DNA from: Bacteroidales bacterium
GTDB lineage: Bacteria; Bacteroidota; Bacteroidia; Bacteroidales; WCHB1-69
Assembly (NCBI GenBank): GCA_047638115.1
Contig: JBLJBB010000058.1
Span: 29,830 to 93,829 of the forward strand
DNA: 64,000 bases
Direction: 5' to 3'
The number at the start of each line of letters is the position of its first letter. Within the stretch, counting starts at the first letter, position 1. Below are positions 49,966-58,800 of the stretch, in pieces. The notes below the pieces were generated by a model. The model made no database searches, had not been told where the DNA came from, and saw nothing but the letters and a program-made list of their open reading frames with translations. The position numbers and the translations under genes are program-made.

Positions 49966-50916
49966 TTATCTATATTTTTTAATGGTATTCATAACGAGAG
50001 ATCCAATAATTGCTAAGATGGTTCCAAAGAACACAAAATAGAAAACAATAAGTCCAGCACCAATCCATTTCATTTCGTTTGGAGTAGTTTGCATTTTAAT
50101 GGCTGTTTCGGTTAATTGATCAGGAGAAACAAAATATCCAATAATAGCAACTACTACAAGTAATAAAACTCCAAAAATGGCACCCATTGAGGATTTAAAG
50201 TTTTTAACAATTTGGTAAATTGAGAAAATGACAAGTAATCCGATTGTTATAAAGAAGATAACATAGGAAGCTGACATTGTAAAATTAAGAACAGTTTCTT
50301 GTTTTTGATAATCTTTAATAGCAATTTGAAAACTTTTTAGATCCATCTCTTTTTTGTTTTTAGAAATAATGGCATCTATAGTTGATACATCTTTCAAAAT
50401 AAACCCCATTGCTTTTATTTGATTAGAAGAAACGAGATACTCTTGTTTAATGATAGAATAATCATTATCAAGATTTGTGATGTAATTTGGAAGATCATTT
50501 ACAGTTTTAACATTAGAAAACTGATCAGTATATTTTTTGGAAGTTGGATCTTCAGCATTTAATTTTGAAGAAAAAGATGTAAATTCGGCTTTAAAAGCAT
50601 CAAATTTTGCTTGATCTTCATCAATATCTTTAAGAGAAGCTATAAAAGTATATAATATCTCTTTTTGAGTTTGAAGAGTTGTATTTTCAGTATTTTTTGT
50701 ATTGATTAGATCCTGATATTTTTTGATAAAATCTGGAAGAGTCTGTACAGTTGCGCTTGCTAAATCTGATAGCATTTCAGGAGAGGCCTCTTTTACATGG
50801 CTTGTTGCAAAATATTTTTCTTTAGATTTATCATCAAATCCTGATGAAAATACTAATGCCAAAATACACGCAATTCCTGCAATCGCAAAAACGGTTATAT
50901 TTACTATTTTTCTCAT
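49966..50916 (-). CDS. Membrane protein of the exbB-exbD operon with large duplicated helical loop
   Basis: One N-terminal and three C-terminal TM segments; ~185 aa soluble helical region. Confidence 0.75.
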   Translation of the reverse strand: MRKIVNITVFAIAGIACILALVFSSGFDDKSKEKYFATSHVKEASPEMLSDLASATVQTLPDFIKKYQDLINTKNTENTTLQTQKEILYTFIASLKDIDEDQAKFDAFKAEFTSFSSKLNAEDPTSKKYTDQFSNVKTVNDLPNYITNLDNDYSIIKQEYLVSSNQIKAMGFILKDVSTIDAIISKNKKEMDLKSFQIAIKDYQKQETVLNFTMSASYVIFFITIGLLVIFSIYQIVKNFKSSMGAIFGVLLLVVVAIIGYFVSPDQLTETAIKMQTTPNEMKWIGAGLIVFYFVFFGTILAIIGSLVMNTIKKYR

Positions 50917-50955
50917 AACTTTCTATAGTTAGTTAAGTTTAAAAAAGATCAAAAA

Positions 50956-51789
50956 TTATTTATTTTTGATTAGAATATCCATGAAAGAGATGGTAGCATC
51001 TTCCATATCACTAACAATAGCGTCAATTTTAGATAGGATATAGTTGTAAAAAATTTGAAGAATGATAGCTGTAATCAAACCAAATACAGTTGTTAAAAGT
51101 GCCACTTTCATACCACCAGCAACAATAGTTGGAGAGATATCACCCGCTCTTTCAATATCATCAAAAGCAAAAACCATACCTACAACAGTACCTAAGAAAC
51201 CTAACATCGGTCCTAATGCTAAACATAATGCAATCCAGCTTAAGTTAACTTCCAATTTGCTCATTTGAACACCACCATAGGAAACAACAGCTTTTTCAAC
51301 AGATTCTAAACCTTCATCGTATCTATCAAGTCCTTGGTAGAAAACTCCAGCAAGAGGTCCTTTAGTGTCGCGACAAAGTTCTTTTGCTTTGTTAGTTCCA
51401 CCTGTTTTAAGAGCTTCTTCAATTTTTTGTAAAAATTTTGCAGAATTTACAGTTGCTAAATTTAGATAAAATATTCTTTCAATTACAAGAGCAAGTCCAA
51501 TAACTAAACAAAGTAATACAGGAGCCATCCAAACAGCACCCCCATCAATGAATTTGTTTTTTAATACGTAATGTAAACTTTCTTGTACTACATTATCAGG
51601 ATCTTCTACTTTTTGAACTTTTTCAGTATTAGCAACTGGGGTAGCTGCTTGTTGGGTTGTGTCAACTTTTTCAGTTGTGGTTTGTTTTGTGTTTTCAGAT
51701 TTTTTGTCGTCTTTTTGTGCAAAAGCCATGTTTGAAATACCGAAGGTTAAAAGTCCTATTACGGTAAATAAAGCGATTAATTTTTTCAT
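50956..51789 (-). CDS. MotA/TolQ/ExbB proton channel family protein
   Basis: GPMLGFLGTVVGM..AF..I, IVAGGMKVALLTTVFGL. Confidence 0.95.
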   Translation of the reverse strand: MKKLIALFTVIGLLTFGISNMAFAQKDDKKSENTKQTTTEKVDTTQQAATPVANTEKVQKVEDPDNVVQESLHYVLKNKFIDGGAVWMAPVLLCLVIGLALVIERIFYLNLATVNSAKFLQKIEEALKTGGTNKAKELCRDTKGPLAGVFYQGLDRYDEGLESVEKAVVSYGGVQMSKLEVNLSWIALCLALGPMLGFLGTVVGMVFAFDDIERAGDISPTIVAGGMKVALLTTVFGLITAIILQIFYNYILSKIDAIVSDMEDATISFMDILIKNK

Positions 51790-51874
51790 AATTACTTTAC
51801 AGATTTAAATTAATGAATGTTGATTTTTGTTATTTGTCTTATTTAATATACTTATAATTCAATTAGTTACGTTG

Positions 51875-51962
51875 CGGAGAGAAAGGGATTCGAACCCTTG
51901 AAACGCTTTCGGCGTTTACACACTTTCCAGGCGTGCGCCTTCGACCACTCGGCCATCTCTCC
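51875..51962 (-). tRNA. tRNA-Ser (GGA)
   Basis: GGAGAGA/TCTCTCC-G acceptor, anticodon loop CTGGAAA, long variable arm, GGTTCGAATCC. Confidence 0.96.
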
Positions 51963-52095
51963 TCATAAAAATTTTGAGCGTGTAAAATTATATAAAAAAT
52001 AGAAGCTACCGTCACGAATTATTATTTTTTTTTAAAGTAATTATTTTCTATTTTTGCAGTTCCAATTTTTAAATATAAATAAATCCAATAAATAC

Positions 52096-53406
52096 ATGAA
52101 AAACACACCTATAACTCGAGAAATTGTCGATAAAATAGTTTTAAATAGCGGAATACAGAAATTAGGATCTGCTTCAATTCGAGAAATCAAACGATTAATC
52201 AATCAAATTGAGGAAGCAAGTGGAGAAAAATTTATCCGAATGGAGATGGGAATTCCTGGAATCCCAGCTTCTCAAATTGGTGTAAATGCTCAAATTGACG
52301 CTTTAAAAAATGGTTGTGCATCAATTTACCCTGATATTGATGGTACTGCTGAATTAAAATCTGAAATGTCTAAGTTTGTTAAAAACTTTCTTGATATCGA
52401 TGTTTCTCCTAGTGGTTGTATCCCAACAGTTGGATCTATGATGGGAGGAATGGCAGGGTTTATGACTTTTTCGAAAGCACGAAAAGAGAAGGATACGACT
52501 CTTTTTATTGATCCTGGATTTCCAGTGCAAAAACAACAACATAGAGTGTTAGGTTTGAAATATGAAACATTTGATGTTTATAATTATAGAGGAGATTTAT
52601 TAAAAGAAAAATTAGAAAGTTACCTTATAAAAGGGAATATTCATTCTATTATCTATTCAAATCCAAACAACCCATCTTGGATCTGTTTTACAGAAAAAGA
52701 ACTTCAAATCATTGGAGAATTATCAACGAAGTATGAAGTGTGTGTTTTTGAAGACCTTGCTTATTTTGGTATGGATTTTCGGGCTGACATTTCAAAACCG
52801 GGTGTACCACCTTTTCAGCCAACCATTGGGAAATATACAAAATATTATGCTTTGTTGATTTCAAGTTCAAAAGCATTTAGTTACGCCGGTGAAAGAATTG
52901 GAATGCTTGTTATATCTGATCATTTATTTAATAAAGAGTATCCAGATTTGATTCCATTTTTTGGAACACCAATTTTTGGTCGTGCTATTGTTTATGGTAC
53001 AGTATATGCGATCAGTTCAGGAACCTCACATTCAGCACAATATGCTCTAGCTGCAATTCTTAAAGCTTGTAATGAAGGAACTTATAATTTCTTAGATGAT
53101 GTTAAGTTGTATGCTGAAAAAGCAAAATTGATGAAAAAAATGTTTTTGGACAATGGATTTAATATTGTGTACGATAAAGATGAAGATAAACCATTAGCTG
53201 ATGGTTTCTACTTTACCATTGCATATCCAAATTTAACGGGTGAAGAATTACTACAAGAGTTTCTTTATTATGGTATTAGCGCAATCACTTTATCCATTAC
53301 TGGTAGCGAAAGAACGGAAGGGTTAAGAGCTTGTGTTTCTTTAGTTCATAATGATCAATTGCCAGTTTTAGAAAAGAGACTTCAAATATTTAGACAAAAT
53401 CACTAA
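52096..53406 (+). CDS. PLP-dependent aminotransferase class I/II
   Basis: NPNNP, EDLAY, SSSKAFSYAGERIG; ATG 52096 because a -7 box (52049-52056) overlaps the upstream TTG. Confidence 0.9.
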   Translation: MKNTPITREIVDKIVLNSGIQKLGSASIREIKRLINQIEEASGEKFIRMEMGIPGIPASQIGVNAQIDALKNGCASIYPDIDGTAELKSEMSKFVKNFLDIDVSPSGCIPTVGSMMGGMAGFMTFSKARKEKDTTLFIDPGFPVQKQQHRVLGLKYETFDVYNYRGDLLKEKLESYLIKGNIHSIIYSNPNNPSWICFTEKELQIIGELSTKYEVCVFEDLAYFGMDFRADISKPGVPPFQPTIGKYTKYYALLISSSKAFSYAGERIGMLVISDHLFNKEYPDLIPFFGTPIFGRAIVYGTVYAISSGTSHSAQYALAAILKACNEGTYNFLDDVKLYAEKAKLMKKMFLDNGFNIVYDKDEDKPLADGFYFTIAYPNLTGEELLQEFLYYGISAITLSITGSERTEGLRACVSLVHNDQLPVLEKRLQIFRQNH

Positions 53407-53415
53407 TATAATTAA

Positions 53416-54699
53416 ATGAAGATTCCCATGAGAAAAATCGTATTTATTTTAACAATATTATTATTCCCTTTTATTAGTTTTGCGCAACATTTTGATCAGT
53501 TTTTTACAAATAAAACACTTAGAATAAACTATTTACATATTGGAAAAAATGATTCTGAAAAGATTGAGATTGTATCTTTTCATCATGGTGGTAAATGGAA
53601 TGGAACAAGAAGTTATCTAATTGAACCTCAAAGGTATGGTGATATGCAAATTGAAGTGTTTGATGTATCAAGTGGGAAACTTTTATTTTGTAGAAGTTAT
53701 TCCTGTTTGTTTGGAGAGTACGCTTCTACAAAAAGAGCTGAAACAGAAATCGGATCTTTTGAAGAAGCCGTAAATATTCCTTATCCAAAAAACAAAATAA
53801 ATTTTAGAATAACTAGTTTTTCTAGAAAATTAGTTCCTAACATATTATATGAAGGAGTATTCGACCCAAATAATAATAAAAGTCAAGCATTTACTAAAGA
53901 GAATCCCATCAAAAATATCCACATAGGAGGAAAAGCAGAAAATTGTATCGATATTTTATTTATTCCTGATGGATATAGCAAAAGCGATAAAAATTTAATG
54001 GAATCAGATATGAAACTATTTGCTGACTACATTTTAAATTGTGCTCCATGGAATAGTTATAAAGGAAATATAAATATTAGATCTATTGAAGGTTATTCTG
54101 AAGAGTCTGGGATTACTGACCCAAACGCAAATATTCAAAAAAAGACTTTGCTGAATTGCAGTTTTAATACGATTGACCTAGATCGCTATTTGATGTGTTT
54201 AAATGTTTTCAAAATGCATGATATTGCCGAAGATGCGCCATACGATATCATAATTCTGATTTGTAACACACCTAAATATGGTGGTGGTGGAATATATAAT
54301 TTCTACTGTACCGTTAATAATAAAGGGAAAAAAAGTGATTATGTTATTGTACATGAATTAGGACACTTAATGGCAGGGTTAGGAGATGAATATTTTACTT
54401 CTGAAGTATCAGTGAGAGACTATTATCCAGAAGGGATTGAGCCAGTTGAGCCAAATTTAACTACTTTAGTTGCTTTTGAAAAGAAATGGAAAGATATGTT
54501 AGATAGTGTAACTCCTATTCCAACACCAGATAAAAAACAATATAATAATATTTTAGGCGTTTATGAAGGGGGAGGTTATGTAGCAAAAGGGGTTTACCGT
54601 CCGTGGAGGAATTGTACTATGAAAGATCCAATCTACAATAATTTCTGCCCTGTATGCACAAAAACTATTATTGAAACAATAAATTTTTATTCAAGATAA
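53416..54699 (+). CDS. M64 family metallopeptidase (IgA peptidase-like)
   Basis: Signal peptide; YGGGG, HELGH..AGLGDEY, YEGGGY..GVYRP..C.M...FCPVC. Confidence 0.92.
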   Translation: MKIPMRKIVFILTILLFPFISFAQHFDQFFTNKTLRINYLHIGKNDSEKIEIVSFHHGGKWNGTRSYLIEPQRYGDMQIEVFDVSSGKLLFCRSYSCLFGEYASTKRAETEIGSFEEAVNIPYPKNKINFRITSFSRKLVPNILYEGVFDPNNNKSQAFTKENPIKNIHIGGKAENCIDILFIPDGYSKSDKNLMESDMKLFADYILNCAPWNSYKGNINIRSIEGYSEESGITDPNANIQKKTLLNCSFNTIDLDRYLMCLNVFKMHDIAEDAPYDIIILICNTPKYGGGGIYNFYCTVNNKGKKSDYVIVHELGHLMAGLGDEYFTSEVSVRDYYPEGIEPVEPNLTTLVAFEKKWKDMLDSVTPIPTPDKKQYNNILGVYEGGGYVAKGVYRPWRNCTMKDPIYNNFCPVCTKTIIETINFYSR

Positions 54700-54714
54700 A
54701 TCAATTTTTTTTTT

Positions 54715-55614
54715 ATGAGTATTACAAAATTAGATCAAGTTGTAGAATTGGTAAAATCAAAACCAAAAAAAAGATTAGTTGCTGCCTATGCAAATGATGA
54801 ACATACAATCGAAGCAGTAAATCATGCTGTTGATATGGGTATTGTTGATGCCACCTTAGTGGGAGATCAACAAATAATTACAAAAATTTGCCAAGACTTA
54901 AAAATTGAGGTTTCAAAATTTAATGTAATACATGAACCTGTTGATACAAAAGCAGCAACAACCTGTTGTGATTTGATAAATGGTGGTGAAGGTGACATTC
55001 TAATGAAAGGTTCATTGACAACTGATAAATACATGCGTGCCATTTTGAACAAGGAACGTGGCTTATGTCCACCAAATGCAATCATTACACATATTGCTGT
55101 TTTTGAAAATCCATCATATCATAAACTGATCATTGCTAGTGATTGTGCCATTTTGTTAAATCCAGATTTAAAACAAAAACAATTTATCCTTCAATCAATC
55201 ATAAATACAGCGCACGCCATTGGGATTGAAAAACCAAAAGTGGCAATAATTGCAGCAACTGAACAGATGTCTGCTGGAATGCAAGCGTGTGTTGATGGAG
55301 CAATATTATCTAAAATGGCAGATAGAGGTCAAATTACGGGTGCAATAGTAGATGGCCCAATCTCTTTAGATGTTGCTTTGGATGAGGAAGCTGCTAAAAT
55401 TAAAAAAATGTCTGGTGGAGTATGTGGTGATGCAGATGCATTACTATTTCCTAATATTGAGAGTGGAAATGTTTTTTATAAATGTTCAACCAAATTTAAT
55501 AAAGCCGAATGTGGTGCATTTCTAGCAGGTGCTAAAGTTCCATGCGTATTGTCATCTAGAGGAGACACTGCTTTAACAAAACTTTATTCAATTGCAATTG
55601 CTGCAACCTTTTAA
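54715..55614 (+). CDS. Phosphate butyryltransferase / phosphate acyltransferase
   Basis: ILMKG, DGP.SLD.A, G.ADALLFPNIESGNVFYK, SRGD. Confidence 0.88.
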   Translation: MSITKLDQVVELVKSKPKKRLVAAYANDEHTIEAVNHAVDMGIVDATLVGDQQIITKICQDLKIEVSKFNVIHEPVDTKAATTCCDLINGGEGDILMKGSLTTDKYMRAILNKERGLCPPNAIITHIAVFENPSYHKLIIASDCAILLNPDLKQKQFILQSIINTAHAIGIEKPKVAIIAATEQMSAGMQACVDGAILSKMADRGQITGAIVDGPISLDVALDEEAAKIKKMSGGVCGDADALLFPNIESGNVFYKCSTKFNKAECGAFLAGAKVPCVLSSRGDTALTKLYSIAIAATF

Positions 55615-55662
55615 ACTTAATTTGCCTGATTAAGTCAAACTATATATTCTAAATATTATCCC

Positions 55663-56925
55663 ATGATTAAAAAGTTTTTTCTGCTTTTATTGTTTATTAT
55701 TTTCTCTTTAAATACTTTTGCCAGTTATCTATTTATTCCAATGGATCTGTCACAAAAGAACCATTTAAAAGCTTATGGAATTGCTTTTTTATCAATATCT
55801 AAAAGTATTGATGTGAGTTGGTTATTAAACTATCAAGGGGGAAGTTTTATGATGATATATAGTGATGTATTAGAAGATGAATGTGTGATTCGAGGGGTAA
55901 CATACCAAGTGATTGCAGATGTTCAAGCTTCAAATATATTAACAGAAATTTCTGCTGCTGAAAATAATATGGATGAAATTCGGTTAACAAAAATACCCAA
56001 AATTGCGGTATATTCTCCTAAAAATAAACTTCCATGGGACGATGCAGTTACATTAGCACTTACCTATGCTGAAATACCTTATGATGTTATTTATGATGAA
56101 GAAGTACTTAATGGGATTCTTCCCAAATACGATTGGGTACATCTTCATCATGAGGATTTTACGGGTCAATTTGGCAAGTTTTGGGGTAGTTATAGAAAAG
56201 CGGCTTGGTATATTGAAGATGTAAATGCTAATGAAGAGATGGCCAAAAAAATGGGCTTTTCTAAAGTTTCTCAAATGAAATTAGCCGTGGCAAAAAAAAT
56301 CAGAGATTTTGTAGCTGGGGGTGGCTATTTATTTGCTATGTGCTCTGGACCAGATAGTTTTGATGTTGCTCTCGCAGCAGATGGCGTTGATATTTGTGAT
56401 ACTCCCTTCGATGGAGACCCTATCGAACCAAATGCTCAAGAAAAACTAAATTATGATCATTGTTTAGCTTTTACCAATTTTAATATTGTAACAAATCCCT
56501 ATACATACGAGATTTCCGACATTGACATTGACCCGAGTATCCATTTGACAAACAAAAAAAATGATTTTTTCACACTTTTTGAGTTTTCAGCAAAATGGGA
56601 TCCAATTCCAACCATGTTATGTCAAAACCATCAAAATGTAATTCCAGGGTTTTTAGGTCAAACTACTGGTTTTAGAAAAAGCAAAATTAAACCTCATGTA
56701 ATTCACTTGGGTGAAACTAAACTTTTTGACGAAGCGAGGTATATTCATGGAGCTTTTGGTAAAGGAACCTTCACTTTTTTTAGTGGACACGACCCAGACG
56801 ACTACCAACATTTTATTTATGACCCTCCAACAGATTTAAATTTATACCCTAATTCGCCTGGTTATAGACTGATACTCAACAACGTACTATTCCCTGCTGC
56901 CAAAAAAGAAAAACAAAAAACTTAA
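55663..56925 (+). CDS. Conserved Bacteroidota secreted protein (often labelled asparagine synthetase B; function unknown)
   Basis: Signal peptide; NHLKAYG, PWDDAVT, HLHHEDFTGQ, FAMCS, GHDP.DYQH, RLILNNVLFPAA. Confidence 0.75.
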   Translation: MIKKFFLLLLFIIFSLNTFASYLFIPMDLSQKNHLKAYGIAFLSISKSIDVSWLLNYQGGSFMMIYSDVLEDECVIRGVTYQVIADVQASNILTEISAAENNMDEIRLTKIPKIAVYSPKNKLPWDDAVTLALTYAEIPYDVIYDEEVLNGILPKYDWVHLHHEDFTGQFGKFWGSYRKAAWYIEDVNANEEMAKKMGFSKVSQMKLAVAKKIRDFVAGGGYLFAMCSGPDSFDVALAADGVDICDTPFDGDPIEPNAQEKLNYDHCLAFTNFNIVTNPYTYEISDIDIDPSIHLTNKKNDFFTLFEFSAKWDPIPTMLCQNHQNVIPGFLGQTTGFRKSKIKPHVIHLGETKLFDEARYIHGAFGKGTFTFFSGHDPDDYQHFIYDPPTDLNLYPNSPGYRLILNNVLFPAAKKEKQKT

Positions 56926-56950
56926 ACTTTCGTATGTAAATTATTTTATA

Positions 56951-56958
56951 TATATTTG
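56951..56958 (+). promoter_or_regulatory. -7 promoter box (TATATTTG) for rho, followed by a C>G leader
   Basis: TAnnTTTG consensus followed by CAC. Confidence 0.65.
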
Positions 56959-57050
56959 CACCCGTAATTCAAATCCTTTCAAATTACATAAATTTGTTCT
57001 TTTACTAAATGTAATTATCTTCAATTTCAATTTTTGAATATTTAATTTAT

Positions 57051-58787
57051 ATGACTAATCCTCAAGAGAATGGAAGAAAGAGAAAAAGAATCTCTGCTCC
57101 TATTGCAACATCGGACACGAGTAAAATAAACTCTTCAATATTGCCATCACCAAAAAAAGTAAAACCAGAAGTTGTTGAATCTTCAGATTTTAAAGAAAAG
57201 TTTGAAAAACAAGCTGATTCAATCACCATGGCAACCCCTGAACAACATGTTCAAAATGAAATTCAGGAAAAACCATTATCAGAAATCAAACCAAGAGGGA
57301 GAAAAAAATCTATTGATATTATTGAAGATCCTATTCATGAAAATAATCCCAATAGAACAGTAAGACAACCGAAAACTTTTGATAATTCCGTTCGTATAGG
57401 ATTACGTAATGAGAAACGTAGATTACCTAAAGATGAAAATCTTCCAGAAGGATTACTTTTTGATGATGATGCTTTAGTTCATGAAATTATTAGTGTCGAT
57501 ATTCCAGAGGAGATTAATCTAATTCCACCGATTGTTCCTGATGATATTGAAGATGATAATCCAGTTTCATTACCTTCTGAAACAATTCTGGAAATTGAAA
57601 AACCAACTCCTCAAGCAGAAAAAATTGAAGATAAAGATGATCTTTGGGATCTCATTGCTAATTCTGAGTTTAGTGGAAGTGTTATAGGTGAAGGTGTAAT
57701 CGAAATAACAAATGACAACTGTGGATTTTTACGTTCTTCGGACTACAACTACTTACCTTCACCAGACGATGTGTATGTTTCTAGTGCACAAATTAAACTT
57801 TTTGGGTTAAAAAATGGGGATACAGTTCAAGGAACTATCAGACCACCACGAAATGGTGAAAAATATTTTCCATTAACTCACATTGAAAAAATTAATGGAA
57901 AGTCTCCAGAAGAGATCAGAGACAGAATTCCATTTGATTATTTAACCCCCATGTTTCCTAATGAAAAAATTAATTTAACAGGAACCAACAGCTTAAATTT
58001 AAGTACGCGTGTTATTGATATGTTTTCTCCTATTGGGAAAGGTCAAAGGGGGCTTATTGTTGCTCAACCAAAAACTGGGAAAACAGTATTACTGAAAGAG
58101 ATTGCTAATGCAATTGCAGCAAATCATCCAGAAATATATCTCATCATTCTTCTTATCGATGAACGTCCTGAAGAGGTAACCGATATGCAAAGAAGTGTAA
58201 AAGCAGAAGTCGTTTCATCTACTTTTGATGAACCCGCTGATCGTCATGTTAAAATTGCAAATATTATCTTGGAAAAAGCCAAAAGAATGGTAGAATGTGG
58301 CCATGATGTTTGTATTTTACTGGACTCAATTACTCGTTTAGCTAGAGCGTTTAATACAGTTCAACCTGCTTCTGGAAAAGTTTTATCTGGTGGAGTTGAG
58401 GCAAATGCTTTGCAAAAACCAAAAAGATTTTTTGGAGCTGCCAGAAATATTGAAAATGGTGGTTCATTAACCATTATTTCAACAGCTTTAATTGATACAG
58501 GTTCCAGAATGGATGAGGTTATTTTTGAAGAGTTTAAAGGTACTGGAAATATGGAGCTTCAATTGGACAGAAGACTTTCTAATAAAAGAATCTATCCTGC
58601 TGTTGATATTGTTGCCTCAAGTACTCGTAGAGATGACCTTCTTCAAAGTCCTGAAACACTTCAAAGAGTATGGATTTTAAGAAACCACCTTGCTGACATG
58701 ACCACTATTGAAGCTATGGAATTTATTAGAGATAGATTATTGAGAACTAAATCTAACGAAGAATTCTTGATTACTATGAATGGTTAA
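57051..58787 (+). CDS. rho: Transcription termination factor Rho with long disordered N-terminus
   Basis: [46 protein letters not shown]. Confidence 0.97.
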   Translation: MTNPQENGRKRKRISAPIATSDTSKINSSILPSPKKVKPEVVESSDFKEKFEKQADSITMATPEQHVQNEIQEKPLSEIKPRGRKKSIDIIEDPIHENNPNRTVRQPKTFDNSVRIGLRNEKRRLPKDENLPEGLLFDDDALVHEIISVDIPEEINLIPPIVPDDIEDDNPVSLPSETILEIEKPTPQAEKIEDKDDLWDLIANSEFSGSVIGEGVIEITNDNCGFLRSSDYNYLPSPDDVYVSSAQIKLFGLKNGDTVQGTIRPPRNGEKYFPLTHIEKINGKSPEEIRDRIPFDYLTPMFPNEKINLTGTNSLNLSTRVIDMFSPIGKGQRGLIVAQPKTGKTVLLKEIANAIAANHPEIYLIILLIDERPEEVTDMQRSVKAEVVSSTFDEPADRHVKIANIILEKAKRMVECGHDVCILLDSITRLARAFNTVQPASGKVLSGGVEANALQKPKRFFGAARNIENGGSLTIISTALIDTGSRMDEVIFEEFKGTGNMELQLDRRLSNKRIYPAVDIVASSTRRDDLLQSPETLQRVWILRNHLADMTTIEAMEFIRDRLLRTKSNEEFLITMNG

Positions 58788-58800
58788 AATTAAATGATTT

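Noticed and set aside
39428-51962. Genomic island or prophage integrated at either tRNA
   Set aside because: No integrase and no duplicated tRNA 3' end; housekeeping genes lie between and around the tRNAs
55663-56925. Gene symbol asnB
   Set aside because: Has a signal peptide and none of the AsnB catalytic motifs
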